DNA from: Bdellovibrionota bacterium
GTDB lineage: Bacteria; Bdellovibrionota_C; UBA2361; OMII01
DNA: 64,000 bases
Reading direction: 5' to 3'
NCBI GenBank assembly: GCA_044345405.1
Contig: JBIJBE010000006.1
Span: forward strand, 1 to 64,000
A program made the position numbers and the translations under genes. Under the pieces are notes generated by a model. The model did not search any database, was not told where the DNA came from, and saw only the letters and a list, made by a program, of their open reading frames with translations. Shown in pieces: positions 19,693 to 30,053 of this stretch (positions are counted from its first letter, which is position 1; the number at the start of each line of letters is the position of its first letter).

Positions 19693-22677
19693 ATGCTGCA
19701 GAATCCAGACGAAAGACCATCCTCCCCTCAGAGCACACCGCCGGTCACACCGACTGACGAGGCAACGTGGTCCACCGTATCCAGCCAACCCCTACCTTCC
19801 GAAGGAGCGATAGCTCTCAACGTCAAGCTTCAACCCATACTTAAGCTTCTTGACCACTCCTTTGGGACACAACAAAAGGATGCGGGAACCAATAACGTTG
19901 ACCGCGCTAAAGCGGTCCTCGCTTTCATCTGTGGAATCTCGCCTTCAACACTTCAAGAATCCCACGCCAACCGGGAGCACGAGCCTTTTGCTAAAGCGCT
20001 CTGCGAGCGGTGCGACACCGAGTTGCGTCGCGCCATTCCGATGCTCAGCGCTATGGAGAAGATCTCTCTACTTCGCTCCGGGTATCCCGTCGGTTCGGGC
20101 AAAGATTCTCTCGCGGAGCTTTGCGCGACGAGCGGACGTCCCAAGAACGGCGCGGGGGAAGCGATATTACTTTTCTCTCAGTCTCGCGAGAAAAATGATC
20201 CATACACGCCTTGGTCAGCCGACCTGTTGCGAGGGGCTACCGCTGCCCTTAAAAACGCGCATTACGGGGTCACAGCAAACTATATGAAGGGGCTTAGACG
20301 TATGTTCTCACCCTCGAGCGCGTGGGCATCGCAAGCCCACGAGCTGTTCAACGAGACGACCGTAAAGCTCCCGATAAGTACCCTGACGGATATCTACACC
20401 AGAATCCGAGAGAGTAAGGCATTCGCGGTTGAACTTAAATACGCCGTTCTCTCAACCATCATCGACTCTATAAACCGGGCAACGAAGGAATTCTTTAGAG
20501 ACGACCTGGTAGTCCTCAAAGATAGCGGAAGACTGCCACTTATCACTAAGCAGGATATTGAGCCACTTAGGATAATTGTCCAACGGCACGCGAAAGCCTC
20601 TGAGATCCCACGCAACGAGGTGGAGAAATTCACGGCGACGCTCAAACGGTGGATCTCTGACGCGACTCCTAGAGCTGGTAATGTGGCGGCCCAATCCCAC
20701 GAGAGTGGTGTTACCATAAACAGAGAGCGGGGCGATGTGAACTCCGGCGCGGCGGCGCAACTTTCCGACGAAAGCGCTGTGCCGAACGTCTCACAAGAGG
20801 TAACCGGTGCATTATTAACGTTGGGGAACGAATCACTGCGAGATTACATCGTAGACCTCCTCAACAGAGGCCTGCGGGATCCATCCTCCGAACTGTCCGA
20901 AGCGTTCACGCGAACACTTGAGAATCTACCCCTTGAGAGGCTTCTCGGTATTCGGTCGGTTCTGGAGTCAACACAAGAAATCCCCGAGAGCCACCTGCGA
21001 GCAGTTGAAGGGCGCATTCAGAACGAGTTTCGCTCAACACCCGGGGCACTCGACGCGGTCGGGCTCGCCGATCTGTATACAATTTGTGTCCGTATGGGAG
21101 CCCGACAAAGTGAGATCGCGCAGGTTCTCCAGGCCCTTCGCACGCGGTTACGCTTACCCCCCAACGAAACCAGCGCCACTCCTAGCGAGCTTAGTCCGGC
21201 GGGTTTACTCGTGTGGCGATGGATGTTCTCGGACCTTCCGCCCGATGGCGAGCTCCTCGCCGATATGACTCGCGTTCATTTTAACAAGATGACGGGCCAT
21301 CTCGCGCGCAGAGTTTCCTTCAACACTCCGCGAGGGTCCGCTCTCGATGCCACACTGCGGTATGGAGAGGAGCTCGGTCTTTTGGAATCCTTTAAACCTG
21401 ACCGTGCTCTTATCGACGCACCGCTCGCGAAGCTGATTATATTCACCACCCTCACGCGTCAACATTTTGGGGACAAGTATGGGATCGTCGATACCCTTGT
21501 TGACTCGATATGCTCGAGACTCATCAGCGGTGAGGTTCAATCGAAGGACCTCTTTTCTCAACACTGGAGGCCCTCTACCAACGCGAGGGCGATCGAGGAG
21601 CTCAGCAGGGAGATAACAAAGAGGCTCGCGAGGAGTACGACCAGCACCTCCTTTGAGGATCTCGCCCGCCTCGTCGCTAACATACGTTTTTTGGAACGAA
21701 AGGGGCCAAGTCACTTCGGCGGCCTCTATCAGTACCTGCGCCCCCTATTCGTGGAACAGATATCCCGGGCGCTGCCACGTCAACTTCAAGAGCGGGATCC
21801 GCAGGCCCTGCGCAGGTCTCTGAAAGCCATAGCCGCGACTCGGCACAGGTCGCTCGAGCTTCTGGATGCCCTGTCGAACGAATGCGTGACGCATATCGAA
21901 TCGTTTTCACCGGACGAATTCGCGGAGATAGGCTCAAACTTCGCGACATTAAAAAGTGGCACTCCCACGTTTTGGTCAACCTTCGCCTCACGGGTAGAAC
22001 GTGACTGGCATTCCTTTAGTGATGAAATGCGCATAGGCGCCATCATCAGCCTTGTTTTGAGGGCTCCTGAAAAGGTCCCTCAATCTTTTGACTCATACAC
22101 CATGGTAGCGAGAAGCGGAGCTCGCTCCTATGAGAAGGTTGTTCAGGCTCTCATCGCGCTGGGGCGATATATTCCAAAAGCACACGATAACGCCTACAGG
22201 AGGCTCACGACGATGCAGACGCCACATGAACTGTATCAACATGAGATCGATTTTATGCGAGAGCTACCAGCTCTGATTGGCGTTCCGGCCAAGTCTATTT
22301 TCTCTCAAGTGATCGTGGGAGGATTCGAAACCGATTTCGTCGTCGACTTCGGTCATCGCCGACTTATCATCGAGCTTGATGGAGCAGCCCACTTTTTAAC
22401 CGGCCCAGACGGTGGCATGCTTCAAGGAAGGGACGAATTTCAGGACATCGTTTTCAGGCGTCTCGGATATGAAGTGATTCACGTTCCATTTCACTCCCGA
22501 GAACAAGGGCATACAAAGGGCGGTCTCGAGTATCCGATGCTGCACTCTGTCGCCGCCATCCTGAAGAGGGAAGCTCTCGATCCAGAAACGGTGCCCCGTG
22601 CGTACCTTGAGCCACTAAAGCCCAACAACGGAGGGCCAACCGGCGAACCCCCTAGCGAGAACACCGAGCCCCTATAG
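19693..22677 (+). CDS. large helical-repeat protein with C-terminal RAP domain
   Basis: C-terminal GFETDFVV...IIELDGAAHF...RRLGYEVIHVPF, preceded by FAST/OPR-like helical repeats. Confidence 0.75.
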   Translation: MLQNPDERPSSPQSTPPVTPTDEATWSTVSSQPLPSEGAIALNVKLQPILKLLDHSFGTQQKDAGTNNVDRAKAVLAFICGISPSTLQESHANREHEPFAKALCERCDTELRRAIPMLSAMEKISLLRSGYPVGSGKDSLAELCATSGRPKNGAGEAILLFSQSREKNDPYTPWSADLLRGATAALKNAHYGVTANYMKGLRRMFSPSSAWASQAHELFNETTVKLPISTLTDIYTRIRESKAFAVELKYAVLSTIIDSINRATKEFFRDDLVVLKDSGRLPLITKQDIEPLRIIVQRHAKASEIPRNEVEKFTATLKRWISDATPRAGNVAAQSHESGVTINRERGDVNSGAAAQLSDESAVPNVSQEVTGALLTLGNESLRDYIVDLLNRGLRDPSSELSEAFTRTLENLPLERLLGIRSVLESTQEIPESHLRAVEGRIQNEFRSTPGALDAVGLADLYTICVRMGARQSEIAQVLQALRTRLRLPPNETSATPSELSPAGLLVWRWMFSDLPPDGELLADMTRVHFNKMTGHLARRVSFNTPRGSALDATLRYGEELGLLESFKPDRALIDAPLAKLIIFTTLTRQHFGDKYGIVDTLVDSICSRLISGEVQSKDLFSQHWRPSTNARAIEELSREITKRLARSTTSTSFEDLARLVANIRFLERKGPSHFGGLYQYLRPLFVEQISRALPRQLQERDPQALRRSLKAIAATRHRSLELLDALSNECVTHIESFSPDEFAEIGSNFATLKSGTPTFWSTFASRVERDWHSFSDEMRIGAIISLVLRAPEKVPQSFDSYTMVARSGARSYEKVVQALIALGRYIPKAHDNAYRRLTTMQTPHELYQHEIDFMRELPALIGVPAKSIFSQVIVGGFETDFVVDFGHRRLIIELDGAAHFLTGPDGGMLQGRDEFQDIVFRRLGYEVIHVPFHSREQGHTKGGLEYPMLHSVAAILKREALDPETVPRAYLEPLKPNNGGPTGEPPSENTEPL

Positions 22678-22787
22678 TTTCTTTCCGGATTCCCGAGTAT
22701 TTCTTAGGAGATCCCCCCAGAGGCGACATTTTTTGGTAGGGGGCCCATAACGGGCAAGGATAGTATGAATGTAAAGTGAGAGGCCGT

Positions 22788-22967
22788 ATGTGTCGCACAT
22801 TAAGAATACTTACATGCCTGATGGGATTGTCTCTTTTGGCTGGATGTACCGTCGCTGAACCTCGGTTCAGACCGGATCTTGGTGGATACGCCATGATCCA
22901 CGAACAGGCCGACCAAACCGTTGCCACGCAACGAGTCGAGAGCGAAGAGCGTCAGTCTAACAGCTAA
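22788..22967 (+). CDS. small putative lipoprotein
   Basis: Lipobox LAGC after a hydrophobic stretch; GAGG RBS. Confidence 0.55.
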   Translation: MCRTLRILTCLMGLSLLAGCTVAEPRFRPDLGGYAMIHEQADQTVATQRVESEERQSNS

Positions 22968-23027
22968 TCCCGCTCCCGCCGCGATGGCTGATCAGCAATT
23001 TAACTTGATGAACACGACCCGTGATCC

Positions 23028-23052
23028 GGGAGGGCGACCTTCCCGGTCGCCG
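23028..23052. repeat. REP-like palindrome (same family as 38404-38498)
   Basis: GGGAGGGCGACCTTCCCGGTCGCCG. Confidence 0.65.
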
Positions 23053-23242
23053 TAGAATTGTGTAAGCCATCAGCATCATTGCCTAGCTTAGGAAACACCC
23101 CTCCCCGTGCGGACACCTCCGAACTTACCCACCCGCGCCAATCACCAGTCATTTCTGCCTACCGGCGTCACTGATCCGTCAGTCTTCACCCTGTCCCGAT
23201 CAACGTAACTCCCTGGCGCCTCGTTCTTTTTTAATTTCGGCC

Positions 23243-23270
23243 TCAAGTTTCTTAGCCAAACACCCGACAT
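23243..23270 (+). promoter_or_regulatory. putative sigma28 (FliA)-like promoter
   Basis: TCAAGTTT-N12-CCCGACAT versus consensus TAAAGTTT-N11-GCCGATAA. Confidence 0.4.
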
Positions 23271-23326
23271 TCTTTGTGGAACGGGTTGTGCATTACCTCA
23301 TCCAAACGATTCGCCGAGGAGAAAAC

Positions 23327-23530
23327 ATGTCCAAAGATAGAAAGGATGTGCCAGAACTGACCGACGAAGAGGTGGCGTTCGAGATGATTGAGATAACCTG
23401 TGATGAGATGAACTCCCTCGCGAAAGCCTTCGAAATGATCTCGGATCTCTGCAAAGAGCTAAACGGAGAAGAAGTGGAGCGCGAAGAGGACTCTGAGGAG
23501 GAGCTTCCCGCAGGAGCGCACCTTCACTAG
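23327..23530 (+). CDS. small acidic hypothetical protein
   Basis: GAGGAG RBS; MSKDRKDVPELTDEEV...AHLH. Confidence 0.6.
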   Translation: MSKDRKDVPELTDEEVAFEMIEITCDEMNSLAKAFEMISDLCKELNGEEVEREEDSEEELPAGAHLH

Positions 23531-23540
23531 ATAATACGTA

Positions 23541-24257
23541 TCACGCAGAGTGCATGAAAGGAGAGCCCCCGAGCTCTCCTTTTTTATGCGAGTCACTCTG
23601 CCACTCCCGCCGACTGGCAACCAACAACTCCCTACACTCATCCGTTGAAACTTGCGGAAATTGATCGTACCACTCTCCCACACTTGAAAACCTCGTATCA
23701 TCGATCCGCTGATCACACACGAGCGAGGCTCCGATCTTTTCGAGCTCGCGACACGTTGACTGCGGACCGATCGGTATCGCGATAATAACCTCTCGTGGGT
23801 GTTCACCTTGAACACCTTGGAGCGCGGCCTTCATCGTCGCGCCCGTCGCCAAACCATCGTCGACAATAATCACTGAACGTCCGGCAAGGGGAATGGGTGG
23901 ACTCTCAGGTGTCCGAAGAGCCTCCTCCCGAATCTTCGCCTCCTCAATCTCCTCTTGGTAGGTATCCTCAAGATCTTCGCGGGTGATTTTGAGCGCTTTC
24001 ATCACCCGTGTGTTCCAAACGACCTCTCCACCAAGTATGAACGCGCCGCAGGCGAGTTCGGAGTGTCCAGGCGCTCCGATTTTTCTGACGACGAGGAGAT
24101 CCAAAGGGGCATGAAGCCTCTTCGCGACCTCATATCCAAGGGGAACACCTCCACGAGGGAGCGCCACAATCAGTGGATTCGCGAGCACGGGGTGTCGAAC
24201 AAGGAGATCCCCTAGGACCTGCCCAGCGACCTGGCGAGATGGATATCGGTGATACAT
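23541..24257 (-). CDS. phosphoribosyltransferase family protein
   Basis: ALPRGGVP, RKIGAPGHSELA, VIIVDDGLATGATM, SVGEWY. Confidence 0.88.
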   Translation of the reverse strand: MYHRYPSRQVAGQVLGDLLVRHPVLANPLIVALPRGGVPLGYEVAKRLHAPLDLLVVRKIGAPGHSELACGAFILGGEVVWNTRVMKALKITREDLEDTYQEEIEEAKIREEALRTPESPPIPLAGRSVIIVDDGLATGATMKAALQGVQGEHPREVIIAIPIGPQSTCRELEKIGASLVCDQRIDDTRFSSVGEWYDQFPQVSTDECRELLVASRREWQSDSHKKGELGGSPFMHSA

Positions 24258-24319
24258 GAGTGGAAAGGTAGCAATACCCCACACAAAGTCTATGACGGGT
24301 GGCTGGAGCCGCAAATATC

Positions 24320-24379
24320 GGTAGGGCCCGACTCCCTTGTCCGCCGTAGCTTTAGCGAAGGAGGGTGGCGGGCCCTACC
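24320..24379. repeat. GTAG-type REP-like palindrome with internal repeat element
   Basis: GGTAGGGCCCG...CGGGCCCTACC arms enclosing GTCCGCCGTAGCTTTAGCGAAGGAGG. Confidence 0.6.
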
Positions 24380-24397
24380 GGTCGTACAGGTGCATTG

Positions 24398-26491
24398 CTA
24401 GGCAAGGGCCTCAAGCCGCACATAATCGCCATGCGGATCGACGGAAACGACCTTCATCGAGATCTGCTCTCCCATACGAACCGGCCTATTCGTTTTCACG
24501 AATACTGTGATGTAGATCTCATCGAGCTCAACGAGGGGAGACTTCGTGTCGAGACGCACGATCGTTCCGGTGATCGGAGCGCCGCGCCCACGTTGCTCAA
24601 GATATCGAAGAAGCCAGTACCGCTTCGTCTCACGACTCGCGAGATTCGCGGAGTTAAGGTGAACCTCAACCTCAGAAGCCAAAGGCTCGAATTCAGATTT
24701 CGTGATCCATGGGCTTTGGTTCTTAAAGAAAGCGAGAAACTGCCGTTGGTGACAGAGATCGAGGTACCGTCGGATCGGTGACGTTGCCTGAATGTACGCG
24801 TCGAGCCCAAGTCCGGCGTGGTAGTGCGGCTCAAAGGACATCGTTGATTTCTTAAGTTTCGATCGCGCCGTGAAATCCTTCGCTGGCCCCTCAGGAACAT
24901 CGACCAACGCCTGGCGAGCATTCTCATCCGGTCGTTCCTGACCTCGGAAGATAACGGGCAGGTTATGTCTCACGGCGAACTGCGCCATAAGGGAATTCGT
25001 GAGAACCATCAACTCAGCGACGAGCGAGCGAGCCGGACTCTCCTCGTCTATCTCTAAAAGGCGGATAGAACCGCCATCCTCAACAAACGGAACGACCTCT
25101 CGACGATGCACCCGCACCGCGCCTTTTCGTATGCGCTCTTCTTCACACGCCGTCGCCGCGTGGTAGACCCGCATGAGGGTCTCGTCCTCATGCTCAAGGA
25201 GGAGGTCTACGTCATCGTAGGTATACCTTTGAGCTACCTTGATGAACGAGGGAACGACCGTCCAATCACGGAGCTCGAAATTCTCGGAGAGCTGCGCCAC
25301 TACTGAGATACACGGCCGCACCTCTCCCTGACGGAGGCTCAACTTCGCTTCCGACAACGAAAGGGGCAACATATTTACCGTTTTGTCGGCGCAATAGAGG
25401 GAGGTGGCTCGGCGACGAGCTTCTCTGTCAACCGCGGTCTCAGGGGCTATCGCCCACGCAACGTCGGTGATGTGAATCCCCAACTCATACCCTTCAGGCG
25501 TGCGCTCGATCGAGATCGCGTCGTCCATATCCTGAGTGGTGATGTCATCGATGGTAAAGGTGTGCTTCTGCGTGAAGTCCCTTCGAAGGCGACGCTCCTC
25601 CTCTGGAAAGTCAGCGAGGGTCGTGGGCACCGTAAAGGCCTCTGCCTCCGCGAGGGAGTCTTGAGCATACCGAATTGGAATATCGTGGCGTATGAATGAG
25701 AGATTAGAGTCCTTCGTAAAGTACCCGATCTTTACTAAGACCTCGAAGGCTTGCTTCTCAATCGGCGCGTTCTCAGAGACCTTGAGCGCCACCGCGCAGA
25801 GATGAACTAATTCCTTGCCCTCTTTTTGACGAGCTTGATCGGTGTGCGCGACCCCAGCCGCGACCTCGGCCATCAGCGCGAAGTTTTCCTCAAGCTCACG
25901 AGGGATCTCCGAACTTGGGTCCTTAGACCGTTGCACGACACAGGCAACGGTCGATTCGCGAGCGGTTACCTTCTTCTTTTTAGCCTCTTCAGCGATCCGA
26001 AGGTCTCCTACTACCTGGGCCGAGCGAGGCTCAAATCCGTCCTTGTCACGCTTAAAGTGCACCTTCTCGCGAATGAGGGCGATTCGAAGACCGGCGTGCT
26101 TCTCAGCCGTGTCTGTCCCGAAATAACTTTGACAAAGCTCTCCAACGGTATAAAGACGACACTCTTCTTGAACGAACGACCAGAGCTCCTCCACGTTGAG
26201 TTCGGTCGCCTCCCTCTCTATGTTTTGCGAGATAAGGTTGAGTGCCTCAGTCTTAGCGGCGACCGTTGCACCGGAGGCGCTTGCCCCCGCGGGCAACCGA
26301 TAGAGTCGGGGACGAGGAAGTTCAACCTCGCGCCCCCGAAAATTCAGCACCGTCAGTTTGTCGCGCTTGGTGCCTGTAATAACGCCAAGGATAATCGCCC
26401 CGTCGTCGTCGTATTGAACGAGCGCGCCTACATTTGAATCGGTACTTGAGGGTGGTGCGGCTTTTGCCGAGCCTGGAGGAAGAATGCCCAT
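24398..26491 (-). CDS. RNase II/RNB family exoribonuclease
   Basis: FTIDDITTQDMDDAISI, GIHITDV, LVAELMVLTN, HAGLG..Y..TSPIRRYLDL. Confidence 0.92.
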   Translation of the reverse strand: MGILPPGSAKAAPPSSTDSNVGALVQYDDDGAIILGVITGTKRDKLTVLNFRGREVELPRPRLYRLPAGASASGATVAAKTEALNLISQNIEREATELNVEELWSFVQEECRLYTVGELCQSYFGTDTAEKHAGLRIALIREKVHFKRDKDGFEPRSAQVVGDLRIAEEAKKKKVTARESTVACVVQRSKDPSSEIPRELEENFALMAEVAAGVAHTDQARQKEGKELVHLCAVALKVSENAPIEKQAFEVLVKIGYFTKDSNLSFIRHDIPIRYAQDSLAEAEAFTVPTTLADFPEEERRLRRDFTQKHTFTIDDITTQDMDDAISIERTPEGYELGIHITDVAWAIAPETAVDREARRRATSLYCADKTVNMLPLSLSEAKLSLRQGEVRPCISVVAQLSENFELRDWTVVPSFIKVAQRYTYDDVDLLLEHEDETLMRVYHAATACEEERIRKGAVRVHRREVVPFVEDGGSIRLLEIDEESPARSLVAELMVLTNSLMAQFAVRHNLPVIFRGQERPDENARQALVDVPEGPAKDFTARSKLKKSTMSFEPHYHAGLGLDAYIQATSPIRRYLDLCHQRQFLAFFKNQSPWITKSEFEPLASEVEVHLNSANLASRETKRYWLLRYLEQRGRGAPITGTIVRLDTKSPLVELDEIYITVFVKTNRPVRMGEQISMKVVSVDPHGDYVRLEALA

Positions 26492-26709
26492 GTGTGAGGG
26501 TCATCGTGCGTGAGGGGACTGGGAAAGTCAAACCCCGAAACCTTCGGGCGCACAAAGTTGCCCGGAGCGTTCACGTTAGGATGCGCATCTGTCACGAAGG
26601 CTCAACGGACACAGGGAGTTACGATCCACGTCGAGCTTGGCGCCATGTCGCGCGTTGTCTCAAAAACTGATTACCATCGCGGGCATTTCATAGATCAGAG
26701 CGATGCTAC

Positions 26710-28944
26710 TCACTGGACACCTTCCTGACCGCCGTCCCACGTCGCAAGGTTCGGAGTGTGAGGGACCTGCGCCACTCGCGGCTTAAGAGCCGGGAGAAAG
26801 TCACGTTGCATAGTTAACTGCTCCCGGTACTCTTCGCAGGTATCACCAACCTCATCCGGAGTACCATCCCCAACAACCTTCCCATCGTGAATGACGATGA
26901 TCCGGTCTACATGTTGAAGTCCGGCGTAGTCATGCGTCACGTATAAGACCGACTTGCCTGTGCCTCTTTGCCTCAATATACCGGTGACAATGTGTCGTTT
27001 TGTGCGGGGGTCCAGCCCCTCGTGAGGCTCGTCCCATATCTCGATTGGCTTGTTCCCAACCGCCGCTTGAGCATCGCGCAACCGCACCACCTCACCGCCG
27101 CTCAAGTTAGTGTCGTAGCCGATACGGGCTGATGTAATATCGTGACGCTGCGCTAGCCCGCTGATACCAGAGAAATCCAACGCGGCGGACGTGGTGAGCT
27201 GAGTTCGCCCCGTTGGCGATCGGCCTAAGTCCACATACTCTTGGATTCGAAGAGACCGTCCAGCGTAGCCACCCTGTGGAGACCAGGCTATGAATGACTG
27301 AAGAATTCGCCGAGGGATATCGGCACGTGGCACAACTTCATCAACGTTAGTGTCAGGATCTCGCAACAGGACATCCATTGATCCACCCGTTGCGTCGAGA
27401 ACGCCGACAATCAGGCGAATCAACGTTGACTTTCCGGCCCCACTCTCTCCGACGATAGCGACAAGTTCTCCCGGCCTCACGGTGAGGGTCCCGGGTATAT
27501 GTAGGATCGTGGTATCGCCTTTGTGGTACCTGAGATCTGTCGCGCGCAGCCCGAGCTGTTTACCTTTAAGTCTTTCGTACCACTCCCTCTCGTTTTCAGT
27601 CATATTAGAGAGAGCCAGCGATTCCTGATTCTGGTCTCGGCGGCTTTGAATTTCAAGTTCGCTCTCATGCTGCTGCTTCGGAGTAGTAGAAGGTTTTTCT
27701 ACTACGTTCTGTTCACCTCCATCTTTCACCTGTTCATCTACGCTTTCAGCTGAGGCGGCGCTATCTTTTTCAGCCAATGCTCGAGGCAACTCGCGTCCGA
27801 GCGTAGCGTTGCGCTGCACCTTTATCGCCACTCGCTCACGCTCTCCCCGCAAACTAGCGGTGTGCCACATAGTGCCTTGCAAGGTGAGCATCGCGACAAT
27901 AAACGACGCGACCGAGTTAACAGTCACACTTCCACAAAACGCCAGGTAACACATGATAGCACCGGCCGCTAAACTGGTAGTTCCCGTGACCAACCAGCCC
28001 TTCCTCGTAAGGGCGAGATGGCGATGCGCCGCGTGTTCAGTGAGCTTAGCGACATATTTGGAGTATCGCTCCACCCGCTCTGCCTGCCACTCACTCTTAC
28101 CCATGGCATCCAGCTGCGACGCGGAATCAGGATCGAGAGCGGCCTGATTCGCGTCGTGAAATAGCCCTTGCCATCGAGAGGCTCGTTTAACTACGTCCTT
28201 TTCAACCTCGGTGCGTCGCTTTTCAATCGAACGAAGATACAACGAAGAGAGCATCACAAGACCGCCGATCGTCGGGTTGATCCACAGTAATCCCACAAAG
28301 GCCACAACCAGGGAGGTCGACGACTCGATCTCTTGATAGCGGTTCTCCGCCAGTGAGGGCAAAGCTCCGATAGAGGAACGCGCGGTCCCTATCTCGCCTC
28401 GAGCCTCCGCGTCATTTCTATCTTTAAAGGTGAGGCCCAAAACCTGTCTGGCGAGACCCGCGGTTTCCTTTGAGCGCAGATTCTCGCCCATCCTCCATTG
28501 CACATTAGATTTGAAGATGTAGCAAAAGCTTACGGCTGAGGGAAAAGCGATCATCGCGGCGGCAGCCATCCATCCAAGAGGAGTGGTGGCGGTAACGTCA
28601 AATAGCTGGGCAAGTTGAGGCGCCATGAAGGTACTAATGGTTGAGATAGCCCCCAGAGAAACACCTGTAACCGTCCGTTGAAACCCTAACTTGGGGCATG
28701 TTTGGGCGATCGCGTCCTTTGTTGTCTTTTCGGCTGCCTTCTCATTCGAATAGACCTCGATCAATCTCTCAGAGACGGACGGAGTCGGGCTTTGTTTCAT
28801 CGATGGCGATTTATCGCGCACCCCAAAAGACGTATTAAGCGCACTTGCCTCGACAGGTACCCGTTCACCTCGCCTGGCTGAAGTAGGCCGATGTTGCGCG
28901 GCATCCTGTGAGTTGGCGTCTCTGCCCTTGTGTTGTATCCCCAT
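26710..28944 (-). CDS. divergent fused ABC exporter (TMD+NBD)
   Basis: GESGAGKST, LSGGE, WDEP, VTHD; N-terminal TM helices; AAGGAG before ATG 28944. Confidence 0.8.
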   Translation of the reverse strand: MGIQHKGRDANSQDAAQHRPTSARRGERVPVEASALNTSFGVRDKSPSMKQSPTPSVSERLIEVYSNEKAAEKTTKDAIAQTCPKLGFQRTVTGVSLGAISTISTFMAPQLAQLFDVTATTPLGWMAAAAMIAFPSAVSFCYIFKSNVQWRMGENLRSKETAGLARQVLGLTFKDRNDAEARGEIGTARSSIGALPSLAENRYQEIESSTSLVVAFVGLLWINPTIGGLVMLSSLYLRSIEKRRTEVEKDVVKRASRWQGLFHDANQAALDPDSASQLDAMGKSEWQAERVERYSKYVAKLTEHAAHRHLALTRKGWLVTGTTSLAAGAIMCYLAFCGSVTVNSVASFIVAMLTLQGTMWHTASLRGERERVAIKVQRNATLGRELPRALAEKDSAASAESVDEQVKDGGEQNVVEKPSTTPKQQHESELEIQSRRDQNQESLALSNMTENEREWYERLKGKQLGLRATDLRYHKGDTTILHIPGTLTVRPGELVAIVGESGAGKSTLIRLIVGVLDATGGSMDVLLRDPDTNVDEVVPRADIPRRILQSFIAWSPQGGYAGRSLRIQEYVDLGRSPTGRTQLTTSAALDFSGISGLAQRHDITSARIGYDTNLSGGEVVRLRDAQAAVGNKPIEIWDEPHEGLDPRTKRHIVTGILRQRGTGKSVLYVTHDYAGLQHVDRIIVIHDGKVVGDGTPDEVGDTCEEYREQLTMQRDFLPALKPRVAQVPHTPNLATWDGGQEGVQ

Positions 28945-29489
28945 AAAACTCCTTGTACCTCCGCTCGGCAGCCCGTAATCATACCTAAAAAGAGCCAATA
29001 ACAAAGGACAGTGAAGCTATGCGGAACGCTTTTCTGAATCGGAAAGCGACTACGATAGGTCATGAGACAGGATCAGACACCCGGTTCACCGGTATTGGAT
29101 CCGCAAACGGATGGCTCTCATCAATCAGCTCTTAGGCAATGCGAAGGGGGTGCTGGATATCGGCTCGGAAAGTGGCGTTCTCGCGACCTAGACTCCAGGC
29201 TTAGTCACGGTAGATGACGAACAGAAAAAATTCGGCTTCTCAACCGACGAGAGATGAGCGGGGAGGTTCTTTCGAGCTCTCTGTAGTGCTCTTCCAGTGT
29301 CCAGTAGATCGTTTCCATCATTTGGCGAGCTCTTAAACAATAGGGAAGGGCAACAATTCGGAGGGCCGCGCCTTGGGATCCCCCCGAAAGTTGCTGGCCT
29401 TCACGGGTATCGATGTCGCCCTCAAAGACACTACGCATACCTGCTGGTCGCTTAACCTGTACAACCCTATGGATATCCCCCCAAGACGT

Positions 29490-30050
29490 ATCAAACCGAT
29501 TTCACGCGAATACTATGCCCCCACCACTTGGGCTAGGCTGGCATGTGGCTCGTAAAACCTAACTCATCGGTTTTAGATGTCGGACGTCTGTTACTCTCGC
29601 GCATCAACGTTCGCGCTCTCGATTTAGGCGCAGGGGTAGGCAGGGATTCCATCCCCTTCGTGAAGTTATTCGATCCATCGAAGGTGACGAGTGACTGTGG
29701 GAAGATCTTACCCGCGGCTGTTGAGATACTACGGACTAACGCGGCTTCCGCGGGTGTCGCTGACCGGATAAACCCTATCTGTTCGAATGCAGCCGACTAC
29801 CAGGTGGCATCCGGTGTGTATGACATGATTATAGCGATGTCGGTGTAGAACACGCCGATACCATCGCCACTATTGGCGATTGTATTCAGATGATTCAGGA
29901 GGGAACCCACATTAACGGTTTCAACTGCCTGAGCATCGCGCCCGATTTGAGATAAACTGACGGCGAGACGGGACAACCGTTGGAGCCCCTTATCCAAGCT
30001 AATCTCTCGGAGGCCGCGTGCCGTACGCTCCCCTCAACGAAGATAGTCAT
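29490..30050 (+). pseudogene. class I SAM-dependent methyltransferase pseudogene (boundaries approximate)
   Basis: WLVKP...ALDLGAGVGRDSIP...YDMIIAMSV, then a frameshift into EHA...IQEGTHINGFNCL, an in-frame TAA, then GETGQPLEPLIQANLS. Confidence 0.6.
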
Positions 30051-30053
30051 TCT

